NCBI RefSeq assembly: GCF_006345805.1
Contig: NC_042997.1
Location: 20,708,001-20,772,000 of the forward strand
Direction of reading: 5' to 3'
Origin: Octopus sinensis
Taxonomy: Eukaryota
Length of the DNA: 64,000 nt
The notes beneath the pieces were generated by a model. That model made no database searches. It was not told the origin of the DNA and saw only the letters and a program-made list of their open reading frames with translations. Shown here in pieces: positions 1 through 13,255 of this stretch. Positions within the stretch are counted from its first letter, which is position 1. Each line of letters starts with the position of its first letter. The translations under genes and the position numbers were made by a program.

Positions 1-19
1 CAGCAAGGAAAATTTGTCC

Positions 20-960
20 CCTCTCAGTCATGATCTTTGTGTGATGGTGTCTTTACACAATTCTATTTCTACTTGGCCTATGAGCAACTCTGAAGAAGCT
101 CAGACTTTCCACCTGTCAAACATGTCTTTCAACAACCATGAATATAACACAGTGCTGTTGTCCATTAATAGTTTGTCCACTGGACCCCATGCAGCACTCT
201 TGCAATTTCAGCTAGTCTCCATCTGGATTTTTCTCCTTATCACCATCTTCCCTAGTCAATGATTAATCATCAAGGTATATTCTTTTCTGGTAATGGATCA
301 CATCAGTTGCCAGTTGCTAGTCTGTTCCTGCTTGAATATTTCCCATATAATGCATACTATGTGGGTTAATGGAGGGAAACCTATCTCAGATTCTGACCTC
401 CTTCTGGATCCTCTCTCTCATTATATCAGAGTCAACTTTGCAGATCAAAACAATATCCTACCTGCTCCCATATGGTGCATGCTGTGCAGCGTCTTCAGCT
501 CCTAGCTCCTAAGCCAATATGTCACATTCATTCCACTCCGTGAATCCTCTGGCATCACCAACCAAGTTTTTTAAGCCTGGGAACAACATCTGCTTTATTT
601 TTTCCAATGGCAAAACGACTACCAGAACCCCTGGGACAAACTCCAGCACTCTGGATTCACAGGCAATGCTTGACTATCATTTTTGTGGCCCTTTTCATTT
701 GCATTCTGTTTGGGTCGGTAATCACCTATCCTACCCATCCATGTACCATGGTTGAATCACTTCAAATCTCAATAGTGTGCAATCCCCATTTTAGCACCAA
801 ATTTCTGCCCTTAAGCATAGCATCTAGCTCAGCTATATTAATCTGATTGCGATTGTCCTTCTTGAGCCATGCTGCATCCTCTTTTTACTTCCAGAATGAC
901 AACTACCATTATACTACTTGTGTCACACCATACAGTTCCTTTTCTGATGTGGACTTATAC
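20..960 (-). mobile_element. Degenerate Ty3/Gypsy LTR-retrotransposon pol (RNase H + integrase), with stops and frameshifts
   Basis: Manual minus-strand translation gives RNase H-like EDAAWLKKDNRNQINIAELDAMLKGRNLVLKWG (about 782-880), integrase core GPVDKLLMDNSTV (about 148-188) and FFRVAHRPSRNRIV*RHH (about 42-97), matching the Gypsy-type D...D...E integrase pattern (FRAAYRPSGNGIVERHH). Boundaries approximate. Confidence 0.8.
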
Positions 961-1099
961 CAGCTTCCTTTTACTGAGTCCTCTACTCTCACTCTCTTCA
1001 GAAGGTTTTACAGCTAAGTAACTGTCTTCTTTCCTATTCTGTTGCCCCAGATCACCCCTTCAGCTCAACTGCTGATATAGCTACGTGCTTTTCAGAGCT

Positions 1100-1750
1100 G
1101 TCACAAATTGGATTGGAAAATGTGAGAAAATTGTATGCACATGAGCCAAAGAGTGTGATAAAACATGACAGAGCAAAGATATTTTGGGACTTCATGATCC
1201 AATGTAATGAGGGAATCAAAAATCAGAAATAAGATGTTAGCTAAGTGTGAGGCTTCAAAATAAAAGAAAAGTGATATGAACTCAAGCCAGAGGCTGTGAC
1301 AGAAAATGAGAATTATAGGATCTTGCAGGACTTCCCCATAAAAATTGGCTGTACAAGTGAAGCAAGTAAACCTAATATGATTATAGAGGACAAAATAAAC
1401 AGTAAGTTCACAGATTTTGCAGTTCTATATGATAGCAGAGTTGGAACTAAAGATACTGGGTGGAAAAAAAATGAGAAATATCAGAATTTAGTCAGAGAGC
1501 TGAAGAGACTGTGGAAGACAAAGTTAACTATTTTGGTGGTAATTAGTGTACTTGGCACAACTCCTAAAGTGCTACCTAAGAGACTAAAAGACATGGGAAC
1601 TGAAATTTGCATTGTTAACATGTACAAAAGTACAATCCTATCTACTGTAAGAATCCTAAGAATGGTTCTTGAGATTTGAGAAGGAATTTTGCCATTAAGC
1701 CTCAAGATAAAATTCTTGCTAATTAAAGTAGCATGTACTAGCTTAATAAT
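1100..1750 (+). mobile_element. R4/Dong-clade non-LTR retrotransposon 3' fragment (restriction-like endonuclease C-terminus + 3' UTR)
   Basis: ORF 1296-1679 (…KYQNLVRELKRLWKTKLTILVVISVLGTTPK…RILRMVLEI) is the typical REL C-terminus; AKIFWDFMIQC lies upstream at about 1175-1205; an (AAT/AAC)n tract follows at about 1750-1812. Confidence 0.8.
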
Positions 1751-2034
1751 GACGACAACCACAATAAATAATCATAACAACAATAATAATAACTATAACA
1801 ATAATAATAATGATTTCAAATTTTGGTACAAGGCCAGCAGTTTTTGGGGAGGTGTTAGGTGGATTACATCAACCCCAGTGCTCAACTTGTGCATATTTTA
1901 TCAACCTGGTAAAGATGAATGGCAAAGTCAACATCAGCTGAATTTGAACTCAGAAGAAGGCAGACAAAATGCAGCAAAATATCATCATTATTTCCACATC
2001 ATCATTATTTTGCGGCATTTCGTTGCAAGATAAT

Positions 2035-2096
2035 GTTGATGAGGATGATCATGATCATGATCATGGTGATGATGAGGATGAGGATAATAATAATAA

Positions 2097-2132
<36 letters not shown>

Positions 2133-2166
2133 CAGCGGTGGCGGTGGCGGTGGTGGTAGTAGTAGC

Positions 2167-2219
<53 letters not shown>

Positions 2220-2220
2220 C

Positions 2221-2303
<83 letters not shown>

Positions 2304-2305
2304 TA
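2035..2305. repeat. Compound trinucleotide microsatellite (GAT/AAT/AGT/GGC/AGC)
   Basis: Directly visible; it produces the poly-S/V/T/Y/L ORFs in all frames. Confidence 0.95.
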
Positions 2306-2309
2306 ACTG

Positions 2310-3110
2310 CCACAACAGAAGCTGCTGGAAAGCATAAGTGGGATTGACTGAAGAAAGGAACACTGGAAAAAGAGACCAAGAGCACTATACGGGCAAGACC
2401 AAGCTTTGGCCATGAACTGGAAGGTTAGCCTTAGGAATGAGCAAGTGTCTCCACTGTGCTGCATTTGTAACAGAGTGGACGAAATCATTGCCCATATCAT
2501 GAATGAATGCCCTAGACTTACCCAAAACCACTACAAGTTGTGGCAACACAATAAGGTAGTGAAAGTGCTACATTGGAAACTGTGCAAAAAATAGGGGCTA
2601 GACTGAGGCAAAACATAACATGAGCACAAACAACAGAGTAGCAGTATCAGAGACTTACAAAACCCTGTGGGATTTCCCAGTCCAAATAGATCAGGTGCTT
2701 GAGCATAACAGACTAAACCTAGTGGTGGTGGACACAGTGCATCACATATGCTATATAGTTGATGTTGCATGCCCCTTTTACCCATGAATAGTAAGAATGA
2801 AGGTGAAAAAATGGATAGATACAACCCTCTTAAGTATGAAATAGCCTTGCTATGGAAAATGAAGAAGGTAAAGATAGTGCCAATTACTGCTGGTCCTGGG
2901 GGACAGTATCAGAAGGCATCAAGAGGAATGTAAAAGAAATCAAAATAGATTGTTCAGTAGAACTGTTACAAAAGGTTTGTCTCCTTGGCATGGCCAGAAT
3001 AATCAAGAAAGTATTAGATAGTTCAAAAGAATCGATAGCATGGTACCATAGGCTGCAGGCAACAAGCCCACTACATATGCAAGACTCCAGGAGTTACAAC
3101 AAAACTTGAA
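2310..3110 (+). mobile_element. R4/Dong-clade LINE 3' fragment (CCHC zinc knuckle + REL), degenerate
   Basis: ORF 2406-2594 contains CCICNRVDEIIAHIMNECPRL…HNKVVKVLHWKLCKK; downstream frames give LLQKVCLLGMARIIKKVL; an AAT-rich tail follows at about 3110-3150. Confidence 0.8.
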
Positions 3111-3399
3111 ATAATAAGAAATAATAACAATAATAGCAAAATAATAATGATTTCAAACTTCGGAAAAAAATTCTGTCTCCTTTGTTTGCCACAAAAGACA
3201 CATTCATACACACAGTAACAAAAATATATGCATAGAGGATGAACAAAACATGGTTATATGAAAATGACAGGAGAGTTAGAAACATCAATGTGCAATAAAT
3301 AATTAAACATGGTAAAAATTTGATATGAATTAAAAACACAAATTAAATAGATAATGATATAAAAGAAATAAAGGGCCTGACATCTTCTTCTTTATGCCT

Positions 3400-3870
3400 T
3401 TAACCCTCCAATGTGGAGTATAGGCCACTTATAGTTGAATTCCACGTCGCATAATTTTTGGCTTCTGTACATATACTCTGCCATGAATGTTCCCCTTTCT
3501 CTAGTTCCTTTTGTTTTGATCTCTGCCATGATTTCTTAGACCTACCTCTCCTTCTATATCCATCAGAATTCCACTGTAAAGCACTTTTCACTACATTTGG
3601 TATGTCTTTTCTAATTGTGCTACCAATCCACTTCCAATTTTTCTTAAATATTTGCTCCCTAATCAAAACTTCATTTGTTCTTTGCTATAGCTCCATATTG
3701 CTTATGTGTTCGGGCCATCTAATTTTAAGTATACTATGTAACTGAATGTTTAAAAATTTTAGACTGCTAACATAGTCTTTGCTAAAATAATCTTCCCCAT
3801 CAGACAAATGCTCCTGACATTCATGCTCAACCTTACTCCATTTGCATTTGTTTATTTTCCTCCCAGTCAA
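3400..3870 (-). mobile_element. RTE-clade LINE 3' end remnant
   Basis: ORFs 3685-3870 (ILKIRWPEHISNMEL) and 3400-3666 (WKWIGSTIRK…ALQWNSDGYRRRGRSKKSW) are the canonical RTE post-RT C-terminus. Confidence 0.85.
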
Positions 3871-4059
3871 ATATTAAGTGAATCAATTCAGTGTTATTCT
3901 CATGGATCATTGTCCAGTTGAGTACTTCTGTGAAAGTAAGTTCCTCTCTCAGCATCCTACATGCATTCTGGTCAGGTTCATCTTTCTTCTTCCATTACTT
4001 CTTTCTTCTGCAACGGTTTTCTATAATTGTCCAACTTCTTTTTCCTTCCAAGCATCATA

Positions 4060-4890
4060 AAACAAAAAATGAGTGCTACTGCGAATGGGATTAGAACAAC
4101 AACCTTATCAGCTTCTGGCATCAAGGCTACTGCAATATCTTCTACTAAATACTTGCAGTAGTTGCTGCTGGTTCTACTTAGTTGTTTGATTTCCAAGTTA
4201 ATATTGTCTAGAATAAGCTTACATACAGTAATTAGTTCATTTTTCGCAGTAGTGATTGCTAAGCTCACACTGTAATATCTGAGATTCTATTAACCTACAG
4301 CACTGTTAGAATTTACACTGCAGACAGCAGAACTTTCCTATATAGCTTATTCTTTGTGATACTCTGCCCCTAAAAATTGAAAAGAAAAGCCGATGTCAAA
4401 ATTGCAAAGATAGGTAAAATTATGAGGGTTCCTAACATGTCTAGATGCGATAAAAGGGAAATATTAGGAATATAGAAGAATAATGAACTCAGAAGCTTCC
4501 ATTGGAAAACTATTCCATGATTTATAAAAAGCAATAATGCTTGGGCTTAGAAGGTATTTATTACATAGCTGGGATAATTCCACAGGGAGATGATTCAGAG
4601 GAAAAGAAAAGTCATAATGCTTGTTTACAACTGCACTGTCCACCCAGCAATAGCAAAAGTTAAACTAGTCAAATTAATGATTCTCCCAACAAACACAACA
4701 TTGGGAATACAACCATAGAACAAAAGAATTGGATAAGTTTTGAAATTCTTGTCATTGACAATTTTCCAGGAATAAAAGCAAATTACCAATTGAAAATCAC
4801 ATTATTGGATATTATTTATCAAATCAAAAACGTCATGGAATATTCTTAAGACTTCCACTTTCACTAGTTCTGTTCCAGAGAGTTAATTTT
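4060..4890 (+). mobile_element. pogo/Tigger (CENP-B-like, DDE_1) DNA transposase relic
   Basis: Broken plus-strand frames: IYTADSRTFLYS (cf. IFNADETGLFY), NMSRCDKREILGI…KSNNAW (cf. NMSGTEKRKLLVIGK…SNKKAW), RKVIMLVYNCTVHP…ILPTNTTLGIQP (cf. RKIVLFVDNCPAHP…FLPPNTTSVLQP). Confidence 0.75.
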
Positions 4891-5899
4891 ACAGCTGTGA
4901 TATGACCTTTGCTTCAGAAATGGAAGCTGCAGTATTTCTTCTTACTATGACAAGAGAAGAACAATTTCAAGGGTATTGAAGACAGGATAATGATGGGAAT
5001 GGTTAAAATTGCGATACTATTTGTTTCAAGGAATAAGACTAGGCTCTTTATGCTGATAGTAAGCAATATTCTTAGAAGCAAACAACTGAAAATATTGACA
5101 GGTTTTATGCCATTGAAAACTTATAGCAATCAGTAGCAGCTAAAAATCGAAGTCCAAGATCATGGTATGTATCAGTCAGATACCATAGTGATACTAAAAT
5201 ATTGTTTAGTTGTATAAATTACAAATTTGTTATTTTAATTCCTTATTTGCTGAATCTCATATTGGAAATGGATTAAAACATGAATACTTCAACAAATGAA
5301 ACAATATATTCCCCCCAGAAAATATAAGCAATAATTAATTTATTTGTTTTTTTCTTGTCTTTTGTTGAATGAAATTGTTGTAAATCGATTAAATATATAA
5401 TTTGAAATTATCTATGGCCATTTTCCAATATATGAAACTAATATTATTTTTTGCAGCTACAAACTAATATTTCTTCATAATTTCAAAATAAAAATTACAC
5501 AAACTGCATTGTAAGTAAAACATTCTTTATTGCTGATTTATTCTATAATTTATCCATGTGGAATATAGCCACAATATCTTACAATTGATTGTGTACTGAA
5601 ATTGCATATCTTATCACAAACTATGTAAATTCAATTAATTGCATACGTTAGTTAATTTTATAGGAATTTCAATTACTAACATGATGCGGTTGAATGAATC
5701 AACTGCATAAAACAGGTGTGACACATTACTACCAGTTTCTTCAGATGAGTCAATGAAGGAGCTTCTTTGTGGTTGGTTTAAATTTTAGAAATAGCAAACA
5801 AATCTAAAATTATACTTTGCTTTCCTTTTTTCAAAACAAAAAAATAAATGAATAAATAAATAAAAGGAACAATATTTTGGATAATTAAGTCTCTGATAA

Positions 5900-6110
5900 A
5901 TAATCATTTCTACTAAAGCACAAAGCCTGAAATTTAGTAGGTAGGGAAATAATCGATTAAACAGACCCCTGTGCTCAAATGGTACTTACTGGCTCTGAAA
6001 CGATGAAAGGCAAATTTGTCATTGGCGGAATTTGAACTCAGAATGTGAAGGCGAAGGAAATGTTACTGAGCATCTTGTTTGGTGTGCTAATAATTCTGCC
6101 AGTTCACTGA
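5900..6110 (-). mobile_element. tRNA-derived SINE family B, degenerate
   Basis: Reverse complement of the family seen at 10105-10340, 40566-41175 and 59455-59690 (…gatgaaaggcaaa…ggcggaatttgaactcagaa…). Confidence 0.65.
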
Positions 6111-6330
6111 CTTTGAGATAAATAATGCCTAAACGATAGAATATCTATGAGTAGAATGCTTTCAATCATAGGTCTGCTCACTCAAACCTGAGTGACCAGT
6201 AACATCATTTAGAACCAGTAAATGGATCATGGAAATCCCTCACACTGATATATAAATATTCCTTGATAAAATACTGTAATTCAAGCATTAGTTATATTTT
6301 CAGTCCGATATGTCTAAATTTAAAGTTTAC

Positions 6331-6360
<30 letters not shown>

Positions 6361-6364
<4 letters not shown>

Positions 6365-6690
6365 AGCTTAATTTAATTCGTCCTTAGTCGAAAGGCACCT
6401 GTTGCTATGTCCTGTTATTATATTTATTGTATTTGTGCAACGTCCGTTTTTTTTCCATCCTTGTTTTTGTATACATTTGCTGCTTTCTTCCAAGGAATCT
6501 AATGCTCTTAGCTTAATTTTTCCTTGGGGCTGGCCAGATTGGCGCAATCTCGAGTAGAATCAGTCAAAATTGCAAGGATAATCTCGTGCTTGACTGAGGA
6601 AAGAAAACTTCGAATGCCCTGTTTTCTTTGTATCGTCTGTCGGGATGTTTTGTTGTCCCATTTTTGTATCACCATGTTTTGTGTTCTTGT
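6361..6690 (+). mobile_element. Solo diverged relative of the 777-bp tandem unit (Penelope-like terminal repeat candidate), flanked by (TA)n
   Basis: About 6440-6690 aligns by eye to the reverse complement of 33251-33545 (tgtatacatt…ctttcttcca…atctaatgc…gctggcca…gcaatctc…aatcag…ttgactgaNga…cttcgaatg). Confidence 0.65.
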
Positions 6691-6699
6691 CCCATTTTG

Positions 6700-6744
<45 letters not shown>

Positions 6745-7199
6745 GTGTGTGTGTGTGTGTTGTGTGTGTGTGTGTGTGTGTGCAAGTATATAAATATATG
6801 TATGTATTATATGTATTGTGTGTGTGCATGTGTTTTTGTGCATGCATGTGTGTATATGTGTATGATGGATTTTTCCTGTTTTCAATAGTGAGGATTCTGT
6901 TGTTTGATCAAGTGAACTAGCTACTCATTAGATTAGTGCATAATAAATATTTCACAGACAGTTGCAGGCCAAATGAGAATTATTGAAATTGTTACATGGC
7001 AAGACCATTGAATTACAGATACAATCCTTTCAACAGGCTACTTCATAATTTCCAATACCTGAATTCTACTCAAAGTTATGGTGAAAGACAATTGTTCTCA
7101 ATGTCATGTAGGAACTGAACCATGGAACTCAAGATTGTGAAACAAACTTCTTAACTAACACTACTAAGCTTGCATCCGTCTATCTGTCTGTCTTCCTTT

Positions 7200-7425
<226 letters not shown>

Positions 7426-7427
7426 AT

Positions 7428-7545
7428 ATCATCATCATCATCATCATCATCGTTTAACGTCCGTTTTCCACGCTAGCATGGGTTGGACGGTTCGACCGGG
7501 GTCTGGGAAGCCAGGGGCTGCACCAGGCTCCAGTCTGATCTGGCA
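7428..7545 (-). mobile_element. RTE LINE 3' UTR/tail fragment with (GAT)n tail
   Basis: (cat)n-cgtttaacgtccgttttccacgctagcatgggttggacgg…, nearly identical to 11020-11130, where it is contiguous with RTE coding sequence. Confidence 0.8.
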
Positions 7546-10104
7546 ATATAAATATATATATGTATGTATGTATGCATGTATGTATGTGTGTGTATGTGTG
7601 TGTGTTCATGTGTGTGTGTGTGTGCATGTGTGTATGTGTGTGCATGTGTGTATGTGTGTATGTGAAGGTGTGCATTCGTGTGTGTGATGCACATACATAT
7701 GCATATTATTTATCTATTTATCTGTTTGTCTGTCTCTCTCTCTCTTTCTCTCTCTGTACATATATATATATATGTAGTTACACACACAGAGTATGTGTGT
7801 AAATGTAACCATACATATAATAATATATTATTGATTACCTTCAGTGCATAATCATATAGTATTAAATCAAGACAACACTTAAATCTTAGCTAGGAATATA
7901 TATTGAACAAAAACAGTAAGATAAGTCATGAATATTGATGCATACCTCTTTATGCAATATGCAAATCTCACAGCTTCTAAATAATTCAATTAAATTCCTA
8001 TGGTGTTATAATTTACCACTGAAAAATGTATGGGATTAGAAAATTATATAAACTTGATACGCATTTTGTATTCTGAAATTTCTTTAATTTTTGCAGTTAT
8101 CATATGTCTGTTCTTATATTCTCTTCCCTTCATGCATTTTCGACTTTCTCTTTCAGTCTGTCATGGACATATTACCTTATTCATACTTTAATTATGTAGT
8201 TTTATTTATTTTCTTAATCACAAAATGAAGGAGCACCATATTTTAATTGATGAAAATTCTGGGAGATATAATATAATATCACATAAATGATGCATAATTC
8301 ATATAGCAGAGAAATCAAGATTTACATGAACAACAAGTGGTAGTGATGGTGGCGTTGGCAGTGGTGGTGACATTGGCAGTGGTGGTGGCTGCGGCAGTGA
8401 CAGTAGTAGTAGTAGTAGTAGTTGCAGCAGCAGTGGTAGTAGTAGGAGGAGTTGAAGAAGAAGCTAATAACAATATGAAGAATTAAGATTATAAAAGTAA
8501 CAATACCAGAACAAGAGGAAACCAAAATTTGTGACAAAAAAAAATGCAGAGCAAGGATGATGTATAGGAAATTAAAGTAGAGCACAACATGCATGAGAAT
8601 CTGTTGAATTAAGAGACAGAAAATATTACTTAAACTAAAATTTGAAAAGAAAATATTTTTCAGTTTTCCCACAAATGTTTATTAGTTACTTGCACTGATA
8701 AAAAGTTTAGGTTTTGCCATCAAAAGGCCTATTTTTATGTAGAAAACTTTGAAATATTATCATATTTTACCTTTGATTAGATTTGCAACCATGTTATAGA
8801 AAATAGAAACTGGTCCTTGTATATTACTACTGAAGAGTATTTTAGGGCAATACAATTATCAAAACTTTCTAAAATTGTAAGAATTGGAATGAACTTATAA
8901 TCCAAAATAATGTTATTTGTTCTAATGATACTATTTAGCTGTTGCTGCCCCCTAGAGTCTTACACAAGTTATTACATTCCTCTGCATCTTGTCAAACTTT
9001 ATATGTGCTCATTTTATTAATAAAAGAAACTTCAAAGTCTGGAATCAGCAAGGTGTTGTTTCTTTTATAACTCACAGCAAAATTCTAACATGGCAAACTT
9101 ATTGTTTCAAATGATATGAAAGAAAGTATGTCAGAAAACCTGTCTGCTTTCATTAAAACTGATACTCTAGTTTGACTTCAACTATTGTGACAAAAATAAA
9201 CTAAAATCTTATAGTGCTAGTGACTTCTTCAAACTTGTCTATAATTGCCAGGTTTCAGAATGCATAGACAACCGTCAAAACATATGTGTGCAAAGTGATC
9301 GTTTGAAATTAAACTAATACGGTTATCTAAGACAATGTTTATACTGCTTTTTATTGTTTGCATGTATCACAGATCTCTCAGTGGAAATCAAGACTGTGTA
9401 ATATATGTTAACAATAACTACTTTAATAACCCTTGGGTAATTTCTTAATAAAGCAAAACTATATTTTTTAATCATAAGACTTATTTGAAATGCTTTGGGA
9501 ATTATGAACATACTAGAAATAGCAGACTAGCAGTGATATGTTCGTTAAAGCACAATAACAAATGTTAATCTATTTTATGAACGTTTTTACTGAAAATGCT
9601 TGCTTATCATAATTAAATTATGCTGATTATCTATGAAAACTATATTTTGTCTTAATTCTTCATAATTAGATTTAAAATTCTTCAAACATTTTGCAGCTAT
9701 AGCCACTGTATGGCATGAAATTATAATTTGATGCAAAAAATTACTGAATGTCTATTTAGACTTTAAAATTTGTTTCTGCATTAAAAAATAATAAATGAAG
9801 TATAAAGATAATATCTTGGAATTCAAAAATAAATGGTGTTATTATTATCATCCTTTACTTTTAAATAAATTTTAAGGTATAGGAAAAGTAACAGGCCTAA
9901 TGTTTGTTATACCATAATACCATTTTCTAAATGCTAAATTAAAATAATTGTAAATTATGCTATATGAGCAAGTGGTTTTCTGATTATAATTGTAGCTCTT
10001 GAAAATTGTTCCTGCTAATAACAATGGTAATTTAAAGCAGTGCTCCTCAGAGAGTGACTCACAAGCAGCACATTTCCCCCACAAAAATTTGCTTTGTGTC
10101 TCTC

Positions 10105-10340
10105 TTATTTCCTTATTGCCCACAAGGGGCTAAACATAGAGGGGACAAACAAGGACAGACAAAGAGATTAAGTCGATTACATGAACCCCAGTGTGTAACT
10201 GGTACTTAATTTATCAACCCCGAAAGGATGAAAGGCAAAGTCGACCTCAGTACAATTTGAACTCAGAACATAGCAGCAGACGAGATACTGCTAAGCATTT
10301 CGCCTGGCATGCTAACGATTCTGCCAACTTGCTGCCTTTG
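10105..10340 (-). mobile_element. tRNA-derived SINE family B, near full length
   Basis: The minus strand begins ggcaagttggcagaatcgttagc (A-box-like) and has ttctgagttcaaatt (B-box-like), followed by a conserved body (…aagtaccagttacacactggggt…). Confidence 0.8.
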
Positions 10341-10617
10341 CCTTGTGTCTCTCTTAATATCAGGAAAGCTCATCTTTCTTTCTTTAACAAGCAACATTTG
10401 TTCTTAGAATCTTAATGCAAATACTACAACTTTGGACAATGGCATAAGATGATGTGTCAGTGGAGTTAGAAAATTGGTTACCTAACGAAATATTTTGGGA
10501 TTCAGTCTCATGGTATTGTACATTGAGTAAATAAATGTCTTGTAATATTCCTGGACAACCAAAGCCTTGTGAGTATATTTAAAAGACAGAAATTGAGAGA
10601 AGCCAATGGTATATATA

Positions 10618-10820
10618 TTCTTTTATTTGTTTCAGTCATTTGACTGCGGCCATGCTGGAGCACCACCTTTAGTTGAATAAATCAACCCCAGGACTTATTC
10701 TTTGTAAGCCTAGTACATATTTTATTGGTCTCTTTTGCCAAACTGCTAAGTTACAGGCATGTAAACACACCAACACTGGTTGTCAAGCAATGGTGGGAGG
10801 ACAAACACAAACACACACCT

Positions 10821-10880
<60 letters not shown>

Positions 10881-10995
10881 CGACAGGCTTCTTTCAGTTT
10901 CCATCTACCAAATCCACTCACAAGGTTTGGTCAACCTGAGGCTATAGTAAAAAACACATGCCCAAGGTGTCATGCAGTCGGAGTGAACTCAGAAG
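10618..10995 (-). mobile_element. tRNA-derived SINE family A (head + internal microsatellite + tail)
   Basis: Reverse complement of the 12860-13255 copy; contains the CORE-like motif caccttgggc(a)…tactatagcc. Confidence 0.8.
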
Positions 10996-11019
10996 CTACT
11001 TACCACATATATATTATCA

Positions 11020-12495
11020 TCATCATCATCATCACCATCGTTTAACGTCCGTTTTCCACGCTAGCATGGGTTGGACGGTTCGACCAAGGTCTGGGAAGCC
11101 AGGGGCTGGACCAGGCTCCAGTCTGATCTGGCAGAGTTTCTACAGCTGGATGCCCTTCCTAACGCCAACCACTCCGTGAGTGTAGTGGGTGCTTTTTACG
11201 TGCCACCTGCACAGGTGTCAGGGGGCTCCGGCATCGGCCACGATCAGTTGGTGCTTTTAACGTGCCACCGGCACGGAAGCCAGCCAAGGCAGCGCTGGCA
11301 ACGGCCTCATTCGGATGGTGCTTTTTATGTGCCACAGGCCCTGGAGCCAGTCGAGGCAGTGCTGGCACCGTCCACGTTTGGACGGTGCTTTTTATGTGCC
11401 ACTGGCACAGAAGCCAGTCGAGGCGGCACTGGCATCGGCCATGTTCGGATGGTGCTTTCTATGTGCTACCAGCACAGAAGCCAGTCGAGGTGGAGCTGGC
11501 AATGGCCACGTTTGGATGGTGCTTCTTATGTGCCACCGGCACAGGTATCACAACTACTATTTCCATTGATATTTATTTTGATGTTCATGTTCATGTACTT
11601 GACTCAACAGGTCTCCTCAAGCACAGCGGGATGTTCTGGAATCCAGGGTACTTTGAATGGGCAGGGGCTATGCGGAACTGGTACAGGAAGCAGCCCGGGT
11701 CTTTGCAGTCACAGCATATCTCCAGAGATCTCGGTCCTTCTCCATTGCCTCAGTGAGGCCCAACGCTCTGAGGTCATGCTTGACTACCTCATCCCATGTC
11801 TTCCTGGGTCTACCTCTCCTCCTGATACCTTCAACTGTTTGGGAGTGGCACTTCTTCACAAATCTCTCCTCATCCATCCGCAGTACATGACCATACCATC
11901 GCAAGCGTTGCTCTTGCACACCACATCTGATGCTTCTTATATCCAGCATTTCTCTAAGGGTGCTTACACTCTGTTGTGCGTGCACACTGACATTACACAT
12001 CCAGCAGATCATGCTAGCTTCATTTCTTTCAAGTCTATGCATGTCCTCTGCAGTCATGGCCCATGTTTCACTACCATGAAGCATGGCAGTTCGCACACAT
12101 GCATCATACAATCTACCTTTCACTCTGAGTGAGAGACTCTTTGTTGCCAGTAGGGGTAGGAGCTTTCTAAACTTTGCCCAGGTTATTCGTATTCTAGTGG
12201 TGACACTCTCTGAGCATCCACCTCCACTACTAACTTGGTCACCCAGGTAGCGGAAACTATCAACTACTTCTAGTTTCTCCCCCTGGAGTGTGATGGAATC
12301 TGTTTTCTGAGTGTCTGTGGTGTCTATTGTCCCTGTGCATCTACCACACCCGAAATTTCTTTTCTAGTTCTGGTAGAGATTCTGCTATGAGAGCCAGGTC
12401 ATCAGCAGAGAGGAGCTCCCAGGGGCATCCTGTTTTGAATTCCTCTGTTATTGCCTGAGCTCCCAGGGGCATCCTGTTTTGAATTCCTCTGTTAT
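11020..12495 (-). mobile_element. 5'-truncated RTE LINE (RT C-part, post-RT domain, repetitive 3' UTR, (GAT)n tail)
   Basis: EEFKTGCPWELLSADDLALIAES (YADD-like) at about 12390-12450; ORF 11668-12123 (MLHGSETW…RLRWYGHVLRMDE…RRGRPRKTW) is RTE-typical. Confidence 0.9.
11189..11545. repeat. About 67-bp tandem minisatellite in the RTE 3' UTR (5-6 units)
   Basis: Units start with gtgcttt at about 11189, 11251, 11318, 11385, 11452 and 11519; related units occur at about 49910-50070 and 58730-58880. Confidence 0.85.
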
Positions 12496-12859
12496 ATGTA
12501 TATATATTTGTGTTTTGTGTGTGTGTGCATGTGTGTGTGCGTGTGTGTGTGCACATACACATGCATGCATATGTGAATGTATGCACATGCACATACGTGT
12601 GTGTGTGTGTGCACATGTATGCATGCATGTATATGTTTGCTGCATGTTTGTTAACATTGCTCTTCCCTGAAAATCACTGAGCTGCAATCAGTGATGTCAT
12701 TGTCATTTCCCCATGAACGAACAATTTACTGACTTTCAGCCTTTAAAGAGATGTAAAATAAGAGATCCCTTATTTGAAGAACATGAAAGAGTTAGCAAGA
12801 AGAAGACCATCCAACTATAAATCTATGCCTCAATAATATATTTTCTTACCCATAGGTGC

Positions 12860-13255
12860 AGGAGTGGCTGTGTGGTAAGTAGCTTGCTTACCAACCACAT
12901 GGTTCTTGGTTCAGTCCCACTGCATGGCACCTTGGGCAAGTGTCTTCTACTATAGCCTTGGGCTGACCAAAGCCTTGTGAGTGGATTTGGTAGACGGAAA
13001 CTGAAAGAGGCCCGTTGTATATAGATATATATATGTGTGTATGTTTGTTTGTGTGTCTGTGTTTGTCCCCCCAACATCGCTTGACAACCGATGCTGGTGT
13101 GTTTACGTCCCCGTCACTTAGCAGTTCAGCAAGAGAACCGATAGAATATGTACTAGGCTTCCAAAGAATATGTCCTGGGGACGATTTGCTTGACTAAAGG
13201 TGGTGTTCCAGCATGGTCACAGTCAAATGACTGAAATAAGTAAAAGAGTAAAAGA
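12860..13255 (+). mobile_element. tRNA-derived SINE family A, full length
   Basis: Head ggagtggctgtgtggtaag…ggttcagtccc (A/B-box-like), CORE-like gcaccttgggcaagtgtctt, TA/TG tract, then a tail ending gactgaaataag(taaaaga)n. Confidence 0.85.

Noticed and set aside
1919-2500. Poly-V/S/T/Y/L ORFs
   Set aside because: Translations of a compound trinucleotide microsatellite, open in many frames; there is no coding evidence.
3978-4268. 96-aa minus-strand ORF that looks like protein
   Set aside because: It is largely the antisense shadow of the plus-strand pogo/Tigger transposase relic.
11071-12132. Longest ORF (353 aa, plus strand)
   Set aside because: It is antisense to the RTE post-RT domain and runs through the 67-bp UTR repeats; not an independent gene.
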